DNA from: Azolla caroliniana
Taxonomy: Eukaryota; Plantae; Polypodiophyta
Direction of reading: 5' to 3'
Assembly (NCBI GenBank): GCA_043228905.1
Contig: JBHGNT010000014.1
Span: forward strand, 17,050,001 to 17,114,000
Length of the DNA: 64,000 nt
In this document: one piece after another, positions 60,888-64,000 of the stretch
Position numbering within the stretch: the first letter of the stretch is position 1
Layout: every line of letters starts with the position of its first letter
Made by a program: the position numbers and the translations under genes
Notes under the pieces: model-generated
What the model saw: the letters and a program-made list of their open reading frames with translations, nothing else
What the model was told of the DNA's origin: nothing
The model's database searches: none

Positions 60888-62540
60888 CGTGGCAGGAAAG
60901 GCAGAGCGAGAGGGGTTGCTAGCGGTGTACCATGAGAGTCCCTGGGCCGGACACCGCGGGACATGGGCCACATTCAAAAAGCCAAAGGAGAAGTATTGGT
61001 GGTCAGGGCTATACCGGGACGTGTATCAGTTCGTAACAACGTGCGAGAGTTGCCAAATGCACTCCGTGATCCGACATCGAAACAAGTTGCATCCGACCTA
61101 CCCGCAAACCGTCCATTTCAAGTGGATGGTGGACTTAGTGACGATGCCGATGGGGGTAGGGCAAATGCGGTACCTGGTGCTTGCATGGGAGGACTTGACG
61201 AATCAGGTGGAGGGTCGTGCATTGCCGAACAAGATGATTGCAACTTTGTGCCGGTTCTTGATCGAAGAGGTGGTATGCCAATATGGGTGTGTAGGGAAGG
61301 TCGTGGCTGACTGGGGAGAGTTGGATGCGCAAGAAGCAGAAGAGTTGTTTGGACGACTAGGGGTTAATCTCTCCCTCACTACGATGTACAAACCGGAGGC
61401 TAACGGGAAGGTGGAGTGCGGGCATGGGCCGATCGTAAAAGTGTTGGTGTGGGCATGTGGAGGACAAGTCGGGAACTGGCCGCGGCTTTTGCCTTACACG
61501 TTATGGGCAGACCGAACTACACATAGTTCGGTAACCGAGTTCATGCCAGCGGAGCTGATGTACAGGCAGAAGTCGATCATGCCGATTGAACGGACGATCT
61601 CCTCATGGGCCGCGGTGGACTGGAGAGACGAGATGAGCCGGGAAGAGCTACTGGCGGCACGGATTCAACAGCTCGAGCGAAGACCGGAGGACGTGGAGCA
61701 GGCAAAGGCGAAGCTGCATGCGGCAAGGGAAAGGAACAAAGGCTGGTTCGACCGAACGCACCAGCTACGGCCGAAGAAGATCAAGGAAGGCAACTGGGTG
61801 CTGGTTTACGACAGCAGCCTTGACAATTAGCACAAGGCGACGCGGAAGTTTGCGAGGAGGTGGTTCGGGCCCTACACCGTAACGAGCGAAAAAGACAACG
61901 GTACTTACCACCTTGCGGAGCTCGACGGGACGCGGATAGCAGTGCCGGTAGCCGAGAAGAGGATCAAGGCCTTCAAGAAGCAGCATGAAGACGAGCCAGA
62001 CCCGGGAAGTGAGGGCGACGATGACAACCGACTCAGAGTGGATGAAGTCTCGGAGTATGACGGGTAAACGCGAGCCGGTTTTCTCTAGCATTTGTCCCTC
62101 TCTGGCGCATGCCGGTGGATGTGCGGTTTGGTGGGGGTGGATGTCGTGAAGAAAACCGGCCTTAGGCGGAATCGATGAAAAAGGCGCGTGAACCAGCCCT
62201 TACGCGTGGGCACAAGTATTGATAAGGAGTACATAATTAGGAATAGGTAGGCTGATGAAAATATCCTAAGAAATTATATTAATAGGCTAGTGAATCGAAG
62301 CGGATCTCTGTCTGAAGGGACAGAGAATAGAAGTGATGTGATCAGGGTGTAATGGTCCGATACGCAGAGTGGTTCATTCAGTCGGCAAGTGTTGTCAATT
62401 GCAAACGGGCCTTACCAGCCTACGCTTGCGCTCTTCTCACGCTCCTCCTCCTTCTCTCTCTCTTGCTCCTCGATTCAAGGACCCCACGGTCCCGCCTTAT
62501 TTCCTACGCGAAAGCGGAAAAACATGACACCGATTCTCGT

Positions 62541-64000
62541 TGTTGGGTATGTGAGGAAGAGTGGGAAACACACAAGAAGCTCAAAGAAAGAAGCACTCAC
62601 ACAAGGAAGGCAATGGCTGGAATAGCTCTCTATTGATGAATGTTCCAAAAAAAATAGGAGCTGAAATATATATCCCTAAGTACTAAGTACCACCACATAT
62701 GAGTGACTCATGTATGTGGTAACATGGGGAAAAAACCTCTAGCCAGCACTAGAGTAAAAAGTGCCCATGTATAGCTCAAAGAAAGAAGCACTCACACAAG
62801 GAAGGCAATGGCTGGAATAGCTCTCTATTGATGAATGTTCCAAAAAAAAATAGGAGCTGAAATATATATCCCTAAGTACTAAGTACCACCACATATGAGT
62901 GACTCATGTATGTGGTAACATGGGGAAAAAACCTCTAGCCAGCACTAGAGTAAAAAGTGCCCATGTATAGGGAAAATGGTTCACATCAAAGCTACTAGAG
63001 GAACACGCAAGTGTAACAAACCCCCCTGGAGCGAATGATATGAACATGTACAAGGAGTGACAGATCAGCCCCCACAAGGCAATAAGCCTAAAGCTTTGCG
63101 AAAAGCTTCAAACTTTTCTCGTGGAAGAGCTTTGGTGAATATGTCTGCCACGTTATCTTGTGTAGGCACATATACCAAATCAATATCTCCTGCATGAAAG
63201 CGCTCTCTCACATAGTGATAATGCACCTCAATGTGTTTGGTCCGTGCATGAAATACAGGATTTCGTGCAACAGCCAATGCACTCTGACTATCTGTGAGAA
63301 TACGTGTAGCAACTTCAATCTCCATGCAAAGATCCATCAAAAGGCGTCTTAGCCATATACACTCCACTGTAGCTGTGAAAACTGCCCTGTACTCAGCTTC
63401 ACAACTTGATGTCGCCATTGTAGGTTGCTTTTTACTCAACCAAGATATACATGAGTTTCCAAAGAAAAAGCAATTACCACTAGTGGACACGCGAGTATCA
63501 TAACAACCAGCCCAATCACTATCTGTAAAAGCATGCAAGCATGGCTGAGTATCTCTGCCATAAAAGAGACCCAAGCTCAAAGTGCCTCTAAGATATCTGA
63601 ACACACGTTTCACTGCTTGCCAATGCTTAGTGCCAGGGCTATGCATGAATCGACTCAATTGGGAGACTGCATACTGTATATCCGGCCTTGTATTGCATGC
63701 ATATATAAGACATCCCACAGCTTGTTGATAAAGAGAAGTATCAAACGCATCACTAGAATCCTCAACAGAGAACCTAAATCCTGTCTCCACAGGTGTATAA
63801 ACCGGCTTGCAATCCTCAAAGTCAAAACGCTGAAGTAGTTTTTCAACATACTTTCCTTGATGCATAAACATTCCCCCCTCAACGGATACAAAATGGATGC
63901 CAAGATAGTAGCTCAAAAGACCAAGATAAGTGACTTCAAAAGTATGCTGCAAATCAGCCATAAGAAAATCGAGTTTTGCATCACATGACCCAGTCAAGAG
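62541..64000 (-). mobile_element. 3' part of a copia of another lineage (RT/RNase H, PPT, 3' LTR 62541-63018), cut by the window edge
   Basis: ORF 63065-63997 with TRPDIQYAVS, FTDSDWAG and HARTKHIEVHYHYVRE. PPT (rc of 63019-63030). TG..CA LTR. Confidence 0.92.
62578..62970. repeat. 195/196-bp near-perfect tandem duplication inside the LTR
   Basis: AGCTCAAAGAAAGAAGCAC...GTGCCCATGTAT starts at 62578 and 62773. The copies differ only by one A in a homopolymer. Confidence 0.93.

Larger units (their letters stand above)
17546..62529 (+). mobile_element. Outer tRNA-Trp-primed non-chromovirus Ty3/gypsy element (E1), degenerate; hosts the nested elements
   Basis: 5' LTR in three pieces (17546-17651, 23027-23546, 50916-51036). 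PBS TGGTGAACCTGACATGA at 51042. gag-PR-RT-RH-INT remnants at 51065-62030. 3' LTR at 62142-62529. TSD CCGG / CCGA. Confidence 0.9.

Noticed and set aside
24200-62100. Numerous long antisense and alternate-frame ORFs over the retroelements
   Set aside because: These are expected shadows of GC-rich gag-pol. Their starts and stops are not conserved between paralogous copies.

Overview
Plant nuclear DNA, most likely a fern or another non-seed plant with a heavily RNA-edited plastome; this is inferred from unedited codons in a plastid ndhD insertion and from the retroelement types present. The first ~14 kb is AT-rich gene space. It holds a hAT-type MITE, a six-exon DMS3-like (SMC-hinge, RdDM) gene on + and an intronless 755-aa Glu-rich repeat protein with an N-terminal acylation motif on -. 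From ~14.2 kb on, the window is a nest of LTR retrotransposons beside a plastid ndhD pseudogene (NUPT). One outer tRNA-Trp-primed Ty3/gypsy element (17546-62529) contains two Tnt1/Tork-like copia elements, four more members or relatives of its own family and a truncated chromovirus, nested four levels deep. A further copia runs off the right edge. The main points of interest are: (i) an antisense tRNA-like A-box/B-box module behind a terminal TGTCA..TGACA hairpin at the U3 end of both a chromovirus LTR and a copia LTR; (ii) a Trp-primed gypsy family with 4-bp CG-centred target sites, a DHG protease in ORF1, a G_GAU_UUU slippery site plus H-type pseudoknot, and a covarying hairpin next to the PPT; (iii) an intact copia with one clipped LTR end and a 121-bp target duplication. 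All calls were made by eye without database searches.
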